Program-made: the position numbers and the translations under genes
Part shown: one piece after another, positions 1-10,696 of the stretch
Layout of the letters: each line of letters begins with the position of its first letter
Position numbering within the stretch: the first letter of the stretch is position 1
Origin: Candidatus Collierbacteria bacterium GW2011_GWB2_45_17
GTDB lineage: Bacteria > Patescibacteriota > Microgenomatia > UBA1400 > MFAQ01
Direction of reading: 5' to 3'
DNA: 64,000 nt
NCBI GenBank assembly: GCA_001001485.1
Contig: LCKO01000005.1
Coordinates: 3,552-67,551, forward strand
The notes under the pieces: generated by a model
What the model saw: only the letters and a program-made list of their open reading frames with translations
Told to the model about the DNA's origin: nothing
The model's database searches: none

Positions 1-888
1 TATTACGAGCAAGTAGATGAAAATAAATTTCGAAGTGGCGTAGTAATCACTTGTTTTATTGCCTTTATAGCCTCCTCCGCGTACGCCATAACTTATGCCA
101 TGGGGTTTGACTACAGTTTCATCGGCATCGCTTTTATTCTTTCGGGGATCCTAAGCTTTGCCAGTTTCTATTTTTCCGACAGTATTATTCTTTCTATTTC
201 CGGTGCCCTACCGGCTACCAAGAAAGACCATTTTGACTTTTTCACCGTCACCGAGAATCTCGTCCGTGTGGCTCACGTCCCTATGCCCAAACTCTACGTC
301 ATCGAAGACACCGCTATGAACGCCTTCGCCACCGGCAGGGATCCGGAACACGCCGTAGTCTGCGCCACCACTGGGCTACTTTCCAGATTAAACCGAACCG
401 AGATTGAGGGTGTTATCGCTCACGAACTTAGTCATGTCCGAAATTACGACACTCGTCTAATGGGTATCGTTACCATCTTGGTTGGTCTCATCACTCTTCT
501 AGCCGACATTCTTCTTCGGACTCGTATTCGCGGACGTGGTCGTGACAACGAAGGAAATGTGGGAGTTGTACTCTTTGTCGCTGGTCTTATCCTAGCCCTC
601 CTTTCTCCGATCATAGCTAAATTAATTCAGTTAGCTATATCTCGCCGGCGTGAGTTTTTAGCCGACGCCTCTGGAGTCTCTCTAACAAAATACCCTGAAG
701 GTTTGGCCAATGCCCTTGAGAAAATCTCGGCCGACAAGGAACCGCTTGAGGCCGCAAACAAAGCCACCTCTCATCTCTACATTTCCAATCCCCTAAAAAA
801 CCACCACGACTCCGTTGCTTGGTTTGCCGGTCTTTTCAACACCCATCCACCAGTTCAGGAACGTCTCAAAGCCCTCAGAGGTGAATAG
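1..888 (+). CDS. htpX: Zn-metalloprotease HtpX (M48), 5' end cut by window edge
   Basis: Track ORF 100..888 continues in-frame with no stop back to base 1; HEXXH motif 'HELSHV' plus TM segments typical of HtpX. Confidence 0.8.
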   Translation, partial: YYEQVDENKFRSGVVITCFIAFIASSAYAITYAMGFDYSFIGIAFILSGILSFASFYFSDSIILSISGALPATKKDHFDFFTVTENLVRVAHVPMPKLYVIEDTAMNAFATGRDPEHAVVCATTGLLSRLNRTEIEGVIAHELSHVRNYDTRLMGIVTILVGLITLLADILLRTRIRGRGRDNEGNVGVVLFVAGLILALLSPIIAKLIQLAISRRREFLADASGVSLTKYPEGLANALEKISADKEPLEAANKATSHLYISNPLKNHHDSVAWFAGLFNTHPPVQERLKALRGE

Positions 889-1015
889 CATTAACTCTTA
901 CCGGTTCAAAACCCTAAGGCGCAATAAATTTTTGCTATTTTGGTGCCGGTTTTTTATCGAGCTTAATGCACTTCAAGCCATAATCCAGCTTTTTTATCTG
1001 CACCGGGGGGTCTCC

Positions 1016-2098
1016 ATGTCACAAATCTTCTACTTAGGAATTGCCTGGTCGATTGCTACGATTATCTTTGATATTCCCACTAGCATGATCGCAGATAAAT
1101 GGGGGAGGAAGAAGACGATAGTTCTCGGTGTGGTTATTAATATTTTCGCCAATCTGAGCATGTTTTTTGGTTACGGGTTCATTCCTTTCTTTATTAATAC
1201 TTTTCTCCTTTCGGTCTCCTTCTCTTTTTTCTCCGGGATTGAAGATGCATTCCTGTTTGATACTTTAAAAGAGATGAAACAAGAGGGCGTAGTTTTGAAG
1301 ACCTCCGGCAAATATGGCATTGCCGCCAAAGCCTCAAAGATTGTTACACCGCTTTTTGGTGTTTTGATTGCTGGTGGCCTAACCGCCTTACAGTTTAATC
1401 TTTTATTGGGTATCAATCTAATAAGTTCTGGCGTTGCTTTGGTCTTCGGCATTCTTCTAGTCGAACCCAAAAGACACATCGGGCGCAAACTCACTCACCT
1501 CAGGCTATTGAAGGAGACCTTCTCATTGCTACAAAAATCTCCGCTTCTCAGAACTTTTGCTTTTAACAAGACCTTTATTTTTATTGCCAGCTTTGTTTTT
1601 TGGAAATATTATCAAAAACCGTTGACTGATATGGGTATCTCGGTCTTATTGTTGGGTTTTCTCTATCCGATCTTTAATAGCGTGATTATTCTGATATATT
1701 CCAAAGCCGAATACATCTTCAATAGGTTTGATAAGAGATTAATTTTTGAATTTCCGATCTGGGTTACTCTCATTTGTAGTTTAATATTCGCTTTTTCGAC
1801 CAATAAATGGCTTTCCTATTTTGTTTCTATCTTCTTAATATTTACAGGGATTATCAGAGACCCTTTTTTCAATCAACAGGTACAATGGAGATTAAAATCA
1901 CAGAATAGATCTACAACAGGATCCGTAATGGGTCTGTTCAAAAGTTTCTTTGACATACCCATATTATTACTTTCTGGTTATCTAGCGTCATTTGGATCCT
2001 TGGCCATTATGTCAGTTCCGGCTTTGTTAAGCATCGTCACCCTAATTTTTTTCAGGATAAATAGTCGAGATATACTCCTGCATCCAATCGAGAAATAG
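1016..2098 (+). CDS. MFS-type transporter (multi-TM membrane protein)
   Basis: About 12 hydrophobic segments; MFS motif-A-like 'ADKWGRKK' after TM1; the track ORF start at 815 overlaps htpX, so the ATG at 1016 (MSQIFYLG) is chosen. Confidence 0.55.
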   Translation: MSQIFYLGIAWSIATIIFDIPTSMIADKWGRKKTIVLGVVINIFANLSMFFGYGFIPFFINTFLLSVSFSFFSGIEDAFLFDTLKEMKQEGVVLKTSGKYGIAAKASKIVTPLFGVLIAGGLTALQFNLLLGINLISSGVALVFGILLVEPKRHIGRKLTHLRLLKETFSLLQKSPLLRTFAFNKTFIFIASFVFWKYYQKPLTDMGISVLLLGFLYPIFNSVIILIYSKAEYIFNRFDKRLIFEFPIWVTLICSLIFAFSTNKWLSYFVSIFLIFTGIIRDPFFNQQVQWRLKSQNRSTTGSVMGLFKSFFDIPILLLSGYLASFGSLAIMSVPALLSIVTLIFFRINSRDILLHPIEK

Positions 2099-2213
2099 TA
2101 CCTACAAGGACTCTCCCCGAAGGCCCAACCGCAAACATCGCGAGACAAAAAAGGCCCTTCGTACTTAAACTCTACCTTCGTTTGACTGTATAATCTTTGA
2201 GGCTAGCCAATCT

Positions 2214-3578
2214 ATGATCAATCTTAAAATTACCAAACTCGAAAAGAGCTATAGCCAGCCCTTACTCGAAAATGTCACCCTGAATCATACAAGCAACGGC
2301 ATTGTGGCCTTGATTGGGGATAATGGCTCTGGCAAGACAACACTCCTAAAAATAATTGCCGATCTGGAAGAACAAGAAAGTGGCCGCATTGAGTGGACCG
2401 GGGAACCCAGAATTGGCTATCTTCAGCAAGAAATTGACTTTCTCCCGACTCTCTCCGGTGGCCAAAAGAAAATTGCTCTCCTGGCCGATCTAATATATTC
2501 CGGTCTTTACGATGTACTTCTTCTGGACGAACCCGATAATCATCTCGACATCGAAAATAAACAGTGGTTGGCTAGTGCTATGCAAGCTTTTGATGGTCTG
2601 ATTATTATGATTTCTCACGACCGGCATTTATTAAAGCAAATTACTACACATACTTGGCTGGTCGAAGACGGCAGTATCCGTACTTACCCATTTGGCTATG
2701 AAAAATTTGTCTTGGAATATCAAAAAGAACGCGATGATCTAGAGCACCTCTTCCATGTCCAAGATCGTGAGCATAAAAGATTAAAAGAATTGGTCGAAAG
2801 ATTCAGACAAAAAGCCGCCAGCGGGACCAAAGCGGCACGATACTACCACGCCCTGGAAAAACGTCTGGCTCGTTTTGAAACCGAAATGGTCAAAGATCCC
2901 AAGAAAAGGGATTCTCACATCGAGCTCAGTACCTCAGTTTCCGGTAAACAGATCAAGCACAAAATCGCCATCATGGTCAAAGATTTAAGTTTTTCTTACC
3001 CAGATAACCCAATTTTTGAAAAAGCCTCTCTATATATTGAGGTGGGGGAGAAAGTTGCTCTGATTTCTCCGAATGGTACCGGCAAGTCAACCTTAATCAA
3101 ATTAATCCTTAGCCAGCTGGAGCCCTCCGAGGGTGTTGCCAAAATAGGGGAGAATCTCAAGGTTGGCTATTATTCCCAGGAACATCTCGAAACCTTGGAC
3201 AAGGATGCCACTCCCATTGACTGTTTTACCAAACGTTTTCCTATTGCCGATTATCAGGCCGCCGCGGTTCTTCGCAAGTTCTATTTTGACAAGCACACTA
3301 TCAAATCCAAAATCTGGACTCTCTCCGGTGGCCAAAAAGCCCGTCTTCAATTGGCGCTCTTTCTCTACACCAATCCGGACATTCTGATACTCGATGAGCC
3401 AACAAATCACCTGGATCTTAAATCTGTCTCCGCCTTGGAAGAGTTTTTGGTGGATTACGAAGGTACGGTTCTCCTCATATCCCACGACCACGATCTACTA
3501 AATAACGTCTGTGATGTCGCCTACGATGTCAAAAACAAAAAAATTTCCCTCAGCCCCAACTTTCTAAATGAGGACTAA
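2214..3578 (+). CDS. ABC-F family ATPase (two tandem ABC domains, no TMD)
   Basis: Two Walker A sites (GDNGSGKTT, SPNGTGKST), two LSGGQ signatures (LSGGQKKIAL, LSGGQKARL), and the inter-domain linker typical of ABC-F; extended -10 TGTATAAT at about 2188. Confidence 0.8.
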   Translation: MINLKITKLEKSYSQPLLENVTLNHTSNGIVALIGDNGSGKTTLLKIIADLEEQESGRIEWTGEPRIGYLQQEIDFLPTLSGGQKKIALLADLIYSGLYDVLLLDEPDNHLDIENKQWLASAMQAFDGLIIMISHDRHLLKQITTHTWLVEDGSIRTYPFGYEKFVLEYQKERDDLEHLFHVQDREHKRLKELVERFRQKAASGTKAARYYHALEKRLARFETEMVKDPKKRDSHIELSTSVSGKQIKHKIAIMVKDLSFSYPDNPIFEKASLYIEVGEKVALISPNGTGKSTLIKLILSQLEPSEGVAKIGENLKVGYYSQEHLETLDKDATPIDCFTKRFPIADYQAAAVLRKFYFDKHTIKSKIWTLSGGQKARLQLALFLYTNPDILILDEPTNHLDLKSVSALEEFLVDYEGTVLLISHDHDLLNNVCDVAYDVKNKKISLSPNFLNED

Positions 3579-3596
3579 TACTGCTAAAATTGGATT

Positions 3597-3896
3597 GTGC
3601 ATAAAGTCATAGTTACACCGGAAGAGGTCAAAAAGATTGCCAAGTTGGCTCATCTCAAACTTCAAGATAGCGAAGTAGAGCTCTTTGCTGGTCAATTTAC
3701 CGAAACGGTCGACGTCATTAATCAGTTAAACGAGATCGACACCTCAGAAGTGGCGGCCACCTACCAAGTCACAGGCCTCAGCAATATTACCCGCGAAGAC
3801 ATCGTCGATACAACTAGAATTCTTCCCCAAGAAACCGCATTGCGAGAGGTTATTCGAACTCACGAAGGTTTTTTTGTTGTTCCCCGCATCATATGA
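3597..3896 (+). CDS. gatC: Asp/Glu-tRNA amidotransferase subunit C
   Basis: About 99 aa, GTG start, typical GatC N-terminus (PEEVKKIAKLAHLKL...); overlaps the gatA start (ATGA). Confidence 0.75.
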   Translation: MHKVIVTPEEVKKIAKLAHLKLQDSEVELFAGQFTETVDVINQLNEIDTSEVAATYQVTGLSNITREDIVDTTRILPQETALREVIRTHEGFFVVPRII

Positions 3897-5317
3897 AACA
3901 ATTACACGAACTAACTATAGCCGAAGTCCACGAAGGGTACCGAAAGGGAGATTTTACCTGTGTCGATTTGGTCCGCCATTTTCTAAATCGCATTGAAAAA
4001 TATAATCCCAAATTAAATATTTTTTTGGCTCTTAACGATCAGGCCTTAATTCAAGCCGTTGCCGTCGATAGGGAAATCGCGGAGAAGGGGATTACGAGAG
4101 ATCTCCTGGGAATCCCCATGGCCATTAAAGATAATTTTTTAACTTTAGGCCTCTCCACTACCGCCAGCTCAAACATTCTTAAGGGATATTTACCTCAGTA
4201 CGAATCTACCACTACAAGGAGACTCCTTGAAGCAGGCGCCATCTTTCTCGGTAAAACCAACCTGGACTCTTTTGCCCATGGTAGTAGTACCGAGACCTCT
4301 GACTTTGGACCCACACTCAATCCCTGGAACACTAAAAGACTCCCCGGAGGCTCTTCCGGTGGCTCGGCGGCTGCTATCTCCGCTCAGCTCGCCACCGCCG
4401 CTCTGGGCAGTGAAACTGCCGGCTCCATCCGTCAGCCAGCCGCGTGGTGCGGTGTCACCGGCTTCAAACCATCTTATGGGAGGGCTAGCCGGTACGGTGT
4501 AATTGCGATGGCGAGCTCAACGGACTCCCCTGGTCCTCTGGCTCGCACTATCGTCGACACCGCTCTCATTACTAATGTTATCTCCGGTAAAGATCCACTG
4601 GACGCCACCACTAGCCCAAAAGAAGTCGAAAACTATCCGCAGTTTTTGGGTAAAAAAGATTTGTCTGGAGTCAAAATTGGTTTGGTCAAAGAATACCTGT
4701 TACCCACCATGCGCGAAGATGTAAAACAGCTCATCTTAGACGCCGCCGACAGACTTCGCTCCTTGGGAGCTACGGTTACAGAGGTATCTCTCATGGATCC
4801 AAAGTACGCGATCGGTACTTACGCTGTTATCTCTCGTTCGGAAATCAGCTCCAATCTCGCTCGATTTGATGGCATTCGTTTCGGACATTCAAGGGAGGCT
4901 TTTTGTCCGGAATCCAAGAGACGTATTCTTTTGGGAACCTACACACTTTCTGCCGGTTACTACGATGCCTATTACAAAAAAGCTGAAGCTGTACGTACCA
5001 AAATGATAGATCAATTCACCAAGATTTTTAAAACCTATGATGCCCTCATTGGCGCCGTTTCTCCCGGTCCGGCTCTTCCGGTCGGGGCCACTAAAGGTCA
5101 ACCGATGTTTGGTGAGATGGAAGATGTACTTTTGGAGCAGAGTTCCGTCGCAGGTCTCACTGGAGCCAGCGTACCCTGTGGCTTCGTAGACGATTTACCT
5201 ATTGGCTTACAAATTACCTGTGATCAGTTTCAAGAGAAAAAAGCTCTGATGATCACCGATTGTTATCAGCGAAACACTTCTTATAATTTGTTCCCCGATC
5301 TAGAAAAAACCTCATGA
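3893..5317 (+). CDS. gatA: Asp/Glu-tRNA amidotransferase subunit A (amidase signature)
   Basis: Amidase signature GGSSGGSAAA with Ser-cisSer-Lys context; 474 aa. Confidence 0.9.
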   Translation: MKQLHELTIAEVHEGYRKGDFTCVDLVRHFLNRIEKYNPKLNIFLALNDQALIQAVAVDREIAEKGITRDLLGIPMAIKDNFLTLGLSTTASSNILKGYLPQYESTTTRRLLEAGAIFLGKTNLDSFAHGSSTETSDFGPTLNPWNTKRLPGGSSGGSAAAISAQLATAALGSETAGSIRQPAAWCGVTGFKPSYGRASRYGVIAMASSTDSPGPLARTIVDTALITNVISGKDPLDATTSPKEVENYPQFLGKKDLSGVKIGLVKEYLLPTMREDVKQLILDAADRLRSLGATVTEVSLMDPKYAIGTYAVISRSEISSNLARFDGIRFGHSREAFCPESKRRILLGTYTLSAGYYDAYYKKAEAVRTKMIDQFTKIFKTYDALIGAVSPGPALPVGATKGQPMFGEMEDVLLEQSSVAGLTGASVPCGFVDDLPIGLQITCDQFQEKKALMITDCYQRNTSYNLFPDLEKTS

Positions 5318-6615
5318 AAACTACTCCCATAATTGGTCTTGAAGTTCACGTCGAGCTGGAAACCAAGTCCAAAATGTTCTGCGGTTGCCCCGCCAATCAC
5401 TTTGGTAAAAAACCAAATACTCAAACCTGCCCTGTCTGCCTTGGTCTCCCCGGAGCCCTTCCGGTACCAAATAATAAAGCCATTGAATCCTGCATCAAAA
5501 TTGGTCTAGCTCTCAATTGTTCCGTCAATCGACTTTCCAAGTTTGATCGTAAGCAGTATTTTTATCCGGACCTGACCAAAGGTTATCAAATTAGTCAGTA
5601 CGACCAGCCATTTTGTTCCGATGGATCTGTATTGTTAGATTCAGGCAAAAAAATTGGCATCGAAAGAGTTCATCTGGAAGAAGATACCGGTAAACTTCAG
5701 CACACCGAGTTAAACGGAGAGAGGGTCACCTTGATCGATTTCAATCGTGGTGGAGTTCCTTTGGTGGAGATAGTATCTCGCCCGGATATGGAGAGCAGTG
5801 CCGAAGCCAAAGAGTATCTCAAGAAAATTCACGAAATTATCCGCGTCTTAGGTGTATCCAACGCCGACATGGAAAAAGGCCAGATGCGTCTCGAACCCAC
5901 GATCAATTTGAACATCGGTGGCAAATATACTCCCATAGTTGAGATTAAAAATATCAACTCCTTTAACTACGCCTCCCAAGCGATCGAGTACGAAATCAAA
6001 AGACAAGTCGAAGAATTCGAAAAAACAGGTGTCGAAAAATCGACCACCAACAAAACTACCCGCGGTTACGACCCGATCAAGAAAGTTACCTTTCTCCAGC
6101 GCGCCAAAGAAGAAGCCAAAGATTATCGCTACTTCCCCGAGCCGGACATTCCCCCCTTTATTATCGAAGAAGATTTGGTGGAAAAATTAAGACTGGAGAT
6201 TCCTCTGTTACCTGAGCAGGCAATTGAGAATCTCGTCTCTCTTGGAGTCGAAAAAAAAGACGCCAAAATTCTGATTAGCAATCAAAATCGCGTGGCAATT
6301 GAACGCCTCAAAAGTCTGGCCGATGATCCAGAAGTCAACCTCAAAAAAATGGCCAGTTTAATCGTGAACGGTAAATTAAGCACGACCGGTGATGTCAAAG
6401 CCGAGTATCTGAGTCTCACCAAAGTCGGCACTACCGATAGGGGAGAGCTGGAAAAAGTCATTCGTGAAATAATGGCCAGTAATCCGGCACTGGTGGATCA
6501 ATACCGACAGGGCAAAGTTAATTTAGCCGGTTTTTTTGTTGGCCAAGCGATGAAAGCTACCCATGGCTCCGCCAACCCCCAAACTCTGACCAAACTCATC
6601 ACCGAGCTCTTGTAA
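5314..6615 (+). CDS. gatB: Asp/Glu-tRNA amidotransferase subunit B
   Basis: N-terminus MKTTPIIGLEVHVELETKSKMFCGC is canonical GatB; operon overlap with gatA. Confidence 0.9.
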   Translation: MKTTPIIGLEVHVELETKSKMFCGCPANHFGKKPNTQTCPVCLGLPGALPVPNNKAIESCIKIGLALNCSVNRLSKFDRKQYFYPDLTKGYQISQYDQPFCSDGSVLLDSGKKIGIERVHLEEDTGKLQHTELNGERVTLIDFNRGGVPLVEIVSRPDMESSAEAKEYLKKIHEIIRVLGVSNADMEKGQMRLEPTINLNIGGKYTPIVEIKNINSFNYASQAIEYEIKRQVEEFEKTGVEKSTTNKTTRGYDPIKKVTFLQRAKEEAKDYRYFPEPDIPPFIIEEDLVEKLRLEIPLLPEQAIENLVSLGVEKKDAKILISNQNRVAIERLKSLADDPEVNLKKMASLIVNGKLSTTGDVKAEYLSLTKVGTTDRGELEKVIREIMASNPALVDQYRQGKVNLAGFFVGQAMKATHGSANPQTLTKLITELL

Positions 6616-6647
6616 AAATGAGCGCTATCATCCAAGATTAGAGAGTT

Positions 6648-9600
6648 ATGCCAAAGTTTACCCATCTACACGTACACACCGAGTTCTCCCTTTTAGATGG
6701 ACTCAGTAAAATTAGCAAACTGGTCGCCAAAACCAAAGAATTCGGGCAAACTCACGTCGCTATCACCGACCACGGTTCGCTATACGGAGCCATCGAGTTC
6801 TACAAAAAAGCCACCAAGGAAGAAATTAAACCGATCATTGGCTGTGAAATCTATCTAGCTAAAGAATCCAGATTCGACAGAACCAAATCCGACGCCAATC
6901 ATCTGATTCTCTTAGCCGAAAATTTTGAGGGCTATCAAAACTTGATGAAAATTGTGACCCTCGGCTACACCGAAGGTTTTTATTATAAACCGCGTGTCGA
7001 CAAAGAGACTTTGGCAAAGTACTCCAAAGGTCTCATTTGTACTACAGCCTGCCCAGCCGGTAGAATCCAAAAACTTCTTTTGGAGGAAAGTTACAATTCA
7101 GCCAAAAAAGAACTCCAGGAATATGAGCAGATCTTTGGTTCCAAAAATATTTTTATCGAACTCCAGCGTCACCACTACGATAAGTACGCCATCGCCCCGG
7201 AAGTTCCTTCGGAAATAAAACCCAAACTTCTGGAGCTTCACCAAAACGAAATAAAAAATGGCGAAAGTTTAGTAAAGCTCTCTCGGGATCTGGGCATCCC
7301 GCTTATTGCCACCAATGACTCACATTATATAAATCAGGAAGATGCCGCCGCTCAAGACGCTCTTGTTTGTATTCAAACCGGAAAAATGCTCGACGATATT
7401 CACCGTATGCGCTATGTCGACACCCCCGATTTTTATCTCAAAAGTCCGGAGGAAATGTCTGCTGATTTTACCGACCTATCCGAAGCCATCGAAAACACCC
7501 AAGTAATTGCCGACCGTTGTGACGTTCAAATTAAACTGGGAGAGTGGTATTTTCCCAAACTAGGCTTACCCAAAGGCAAGTCCGCCGGTGAAGTACTGCG
7601 CGAAAAAGCCTACCAAGGTTGCCAGGAAATATTCGGCTCAGTTACCGAAGAACAAACCGTCAGATTAAACTACGAGCTGGAAATTATCGAAAAAAAGGGT
7701 TACTCACCATACTTTCTCCTTGAGTCCGGTATAATTAACTTTGCGAATGACAGGGGAATTTATACCAACACCAGAGGTTCTGCCGCCGGCTCTCTGGTTT
7801 CCTACTGCATCGGCATAACCACCGTTGATCCTCTCTATTTTCGCCTTCCCTTTGAGCGTTTCCTAAATCCATTTCGACCTTCACCCCCCGATATTGACCT
7901 AGATGTGGCCGATATTCACCGAGACGCTCTCATCAAATACCTTTCCGATACTTATGGTGCCGAAAAAGTTGGACAAATATGTACCTTTGGTACTATGAAG
8001 GCTCGAGCCGCCGTTCGCGATATTGGTCGTGTCATGGGTCTGCCTTACTCAAAAGTCGATAAAATAGCCAAAATGATTCCCGAGGGTAGTCAGGGTTTTC
8101 CGATGACTCTAAAAAAAGCCTTAGAAACCACACCGGAACTAGCCAAGTCGAGGGACAGCGATCCGGAAATCAAAAAACTGCTTAGTCTGGCTCAAAAGGT
8201 TGAAGGCAATGCCCGTCACATCTCCGTTCATGCCGCCGCTGTCATTGTTGGTCCAGACGATCTGGTCAAATTTACCCCGCTTCAAACGGAAACCGGTGGA
8301 GGGGACAGGGTCATTACTCAGTACGAAATGCATGCCTGCGAAGATATTGGGCTAATCAAGCTGGATATCTTGGGAATTTCAAACCTAACTATTTTAGCTA
8401 ATTCCGTTAAGCTGGTAGAAAAATTACATGACGTTAAGATTAATATCAAAAAGTTACCACTGGATGACAAAGAAACCTTCGCTATGTTATCCAGAGGAGA
8501 AACCTTTGGAGTTTTTCAAATGGCCGGCGGTGGAATGACAAAGTACTTAATTGATCTGAAGCCGGAAAGAATTGAAGACGTCATGGCTATGGTGGCCCTT
8601 TATCGCCCTGGTCCCATGGGTAGTATTCCGGATTATATAGCCAGAAAACATGACCCAAGTAAGATCACATATTTTGTTCCCGGGTTGGAAAAAATTTTAG
8701 ATCGCTCCTACGGTATTATCACCTATCAAGATGATGTTTTGCTCATGGCTATCGAACTAGCGGGCTACAACTGGGAAGAAGTCGATAAATTCCGAAAAGC
8801 TATTGGGAAAAAAATTGTTTCAGAAATGGAAGCTCAGCACATTAAGTTTGTCGATGGTTGTGTCACTCACTCACATATTCCTCATGAAAAGGCTGAAAAT
8901 TTATTCAAGCAAATAGAAACTTTTGCTGCTTACGGCTTCAACAAAGCCCACGCCGCTTCTTATGGCATTGTCGCCTATTGGACAGCCTATATCAAAACAC
9001 ACTATCCAGTTGAATATATGACCGCTCTGATGTCTGTCGAGGCGGGGGATACCGACAAGATTGTCTTAGCCATCGCCGAATGTGAAAAATTGGGAATTAA
9101 AGTTCTTCCTCCGGATGTGAATGAATCCCTGACGGACTTTACCATTATTGACCTCCTAGAATCTGAATGGCTACCGGAAGGCCGAGCTAGGAATACCGGA
9201 AAGGCTATTCGTTTTGGTCTTTCAGCCATAAAGAATGTGGGAATCTCGGCTATTACAGCTATTTTGGAAGCCAGAAAAAACGTACCTTTCAATTCATTTA
9301 CCGGCTTTTTAAAGAAGGTAGATTTACAAAAAGTAAACAAAAGAGTCGCCGAGTCTCTTATCAAGGCCGGGGCGCTAGACCGCTTTGGCAATCGTGCTCA
9401 ACTACTTTCAGCTCTCCCTGTAATTCGGGAAAACTCAGTTAAACTTCAAAAAGGAAAGGATGAAAATCAAGTCAGTCTTTTTAATACCGACCAGACAGAC
9501 AGTGATACCACCGATCATCTTCCCAACATACCAGAAATGACTCTGGAAGATAAGCTAAAATTGGAAAAAGAACTCCTAGGCTTCTATCTTTCAGACAATC

Positions 9601-10154
9601 CGGTCAAGAAGATTGTCCGTCAGGCGTCGGACATTATTAGCCATAAAATATCCACTCTAGATGCTACTCTTCATCTAAACCAGACAGTGGCTCTTGCCGG
9701 CATCCTTTCTCGAGTAAAGCTGGTAAACACCAAAAAAAACAATTCCAAGATGGCCTTTGCTACCCTGCAAGACGACACCGGCACTATCGACTGTATTATC
9801 TTCCCTAAGTTATTTGCCGAAAACCCCCAAATCTGGATCGAAGACTCACCTCTAGTTGTCAAGGGGAAGGTTGACAACCGAGAGGACAAACTTCAAATTG
9901 TGGCTGAATCTGTTACCCTTATCGATTTAAAACGGACACCCCCGGAACTGCAACATGAAATATTCATCAAGTCAGGAACCCCCAAGGAAGTGATGCAGAC
10001 AGTCTCGGATTTGCTCAAAAGACACCCCGGGGAACACGAAATGGTCATCGTTATCCAGTCTGCCAACAATATTAAAAAAATTACTCTTCCTCACAGGGTT
10101 GACTTCACCGATGACCTGGCTAAACAGGTGGAAAAAATCCTCCACGACTGGTAG
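6648..10154 (+). CDS. dnaE: DNA polymerase III alpha subunit
   Basis: PHP domain (HLHVHTEFSLLDG), polymerase core and OB-fold; 1168 aa. Confidence 0.9.
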   Translation: MPKFTHLHVHTEFSLLDGLSKISKLVAKTKEFGQTHVAITDHGSLYGAIEFYKKATKEEIKPIIGCEIYLAKESRFDRTKSDANHLILLAENFEGYQNLMKIVTLGYTEGFYYKPRVDKETLAKYSKGLICTTACPAGRIQKLLLEESYNSAKKELQEYEQIFGSKNIFIELQRHHYDKYAIAPEVPSEIKPKLLELHQNEIKNGESLVKLSRDLGIPLIATNDSHYINQEDAAAQDALVCIQTGKMLDDIHRMRYVDTPDFYLKSPEEMSADFTDLSEAIENTQVIADRCDVQIKLGEWYFPKLGLPKGKSAGEVLREKAYQGCQEIFGSVTEEQTVRLNYELEIIEKKGYSPYFLLESGIINFANDRGIYTNTRGSAAGSLVSYCIGITTVDPLYFRLPFERFLNPFRPSPPDIDLDVADIHRDALIKYLSDTYGAEKVGQICTFGTMKARAAVRDIGRVMGLPYSKVDKIAKMIPEGSQGFPMTLKKALETTPELAKSRDSDPEIKKLLSLAQKVEGNARHISVHAAAVIVGPDDLVKFTPLQTETGGGDRVITQYEMHACEDIGLIKLDILGISNLTILANSVKLVEKLHDVKINIKKLPLDDKETFAMLSRGETFGVFQMAGGGMTKYLIDLKPERIEDVMAMVALYRPGPMGSIPDYIARKHDPSKITYFVPGLEKILDRSYGIITYQDDVLLMAIELAGYNWEEVDKFRKAIGKKIVSEMEAQHIKFVDGCVTHSHIPHEKAENLFKQIETFAAYGFNKAHAASYGIVAYWTAYIKTHYPVEYMTALMSVEAGDTDKIVLAIAECEKLGIKVLPPDVNESLTDFTIIDLLESEWLPEGRARNTGKAIRFGLSAIKNVGISAITAILEARKNVPFNSFTGFLKKVDLQKVNKRVAESLIKAGALDRFGNRAQLLSALPVIRENSVKLQKGKDENQVSLFNTDQTDSDTTDHLPNIPEMTLEDKLKLEKELLGFYLSDNPVKKIVRQASDIISHKISTLDATLHLNQTVALAGILSRVKLVNTKKNNSKMAFATLQDDTGTIDCIIFPKLFAENPQIWIEDSPLVVKGKVDNREDKLQIVAESVTLIDLKRTPPELQHEIFIKSGTPKEVMQTVSDLLKRHPGEHEMVIVIQSANNIKKITLPHRVDFTDDLAKQVEKILHDW

Positions 10155-10163
10155 AATGTGCCA

Positions 10164-10694
10164 ATGGCAAATCAAATCACCTGGCAGGACAAGATTCAAT
10201 TTGGTGTCGGTGACACCATTAAAGTGTCGTTGGCTGTAAAAGAAGGTGAAAAAACCCGAATTCAAATATTTCAAGGTATTGTTATTGCTATCCGTGGTAA
10301 AGGAACCGGAAAAAACATTATCGTGCGTAAAATTGCTACCGGCAGTGTGGGTGTCGAAAAAATCCTACCCATCAATACTCCCACCATCACCGGCATCGAA
10401 ATCGTTAAAAAAGGCAAGGTCCGTCGAGCCAAACTCTACTTCTTAAGAACTCTCTTAGGTAAAAAGGCTACCAAAGTTAAAGATGTCTTCGTCAAAAAAG
10501 GCCAAAAGGCCGAAATAGAGGTTCCTGTCGAGGCTACGATCGAAACTCCTGAATCGGGAGAAACAAAAGCCGAAAAGACTCGTCCAGAGCCGATCAAGGT
10601 CAAAAATGCTCCAAAAGTAGAAGTAGTCAAAGTCAAAAAGATCAAAAAGGGTCCCAAAAAGATTGTCCGCAAGGAAAAGATCTTCGTCCGCTAG
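10164..10694 (+). CDS. rplS: 50S ribosomal protein L19 with Lys/Glu-rich C-terminal extension
   Basis: Core L19 sequence (GDTIKV...IFQGIVIAIRG...RRAKLYFLR), then an extra tail of about 60 aa rich in K and E; ATG at 10164 preferred over the track GTG at 10158. Confidence 0.85.
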   Translation: MANQITWQDKIQFGVGDTIKVSLAVKEGEKTRIQIFQGIVIAIRGKGTGKNIIVRKIATGSVGVEKILPINTPTITGIEIVKKGKVRRAKLYFLRTLLGKKATKVKDVFVKKGQKAEIEVPVEATIETPESGETKAEKTRPEPIKVKNAPKVEVVKVKKIKKGPKKIVRKEKIFVR

Positions 10695-10696
10695 CA

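Noticed and set aside
1171-1494. Antisense or embedded ORFs inside well-supported genes (for example 1171..1494-, 3102..3491-, 4227..4724+, 9002..9391-, 10436..10908-, 28021..28725-, 30171..30359-, 50245..50779+)
   Set aside because: They lie entirely within longer ORFs that carry strong family motifs. They have no independent start context or conservation signal and are typical shadow ORFs.
2150-2176. 'aaaaaaggcccttcg' upstream of the ABC-F gene as another copy of the 3' GC-hairpin module
   Set aside because: Only about 14 nt of similarity, and no GTGGGCGGGCGCACGGGCGAT core. It is more simply a short terminator-like inverted repeat after the MFS gene.
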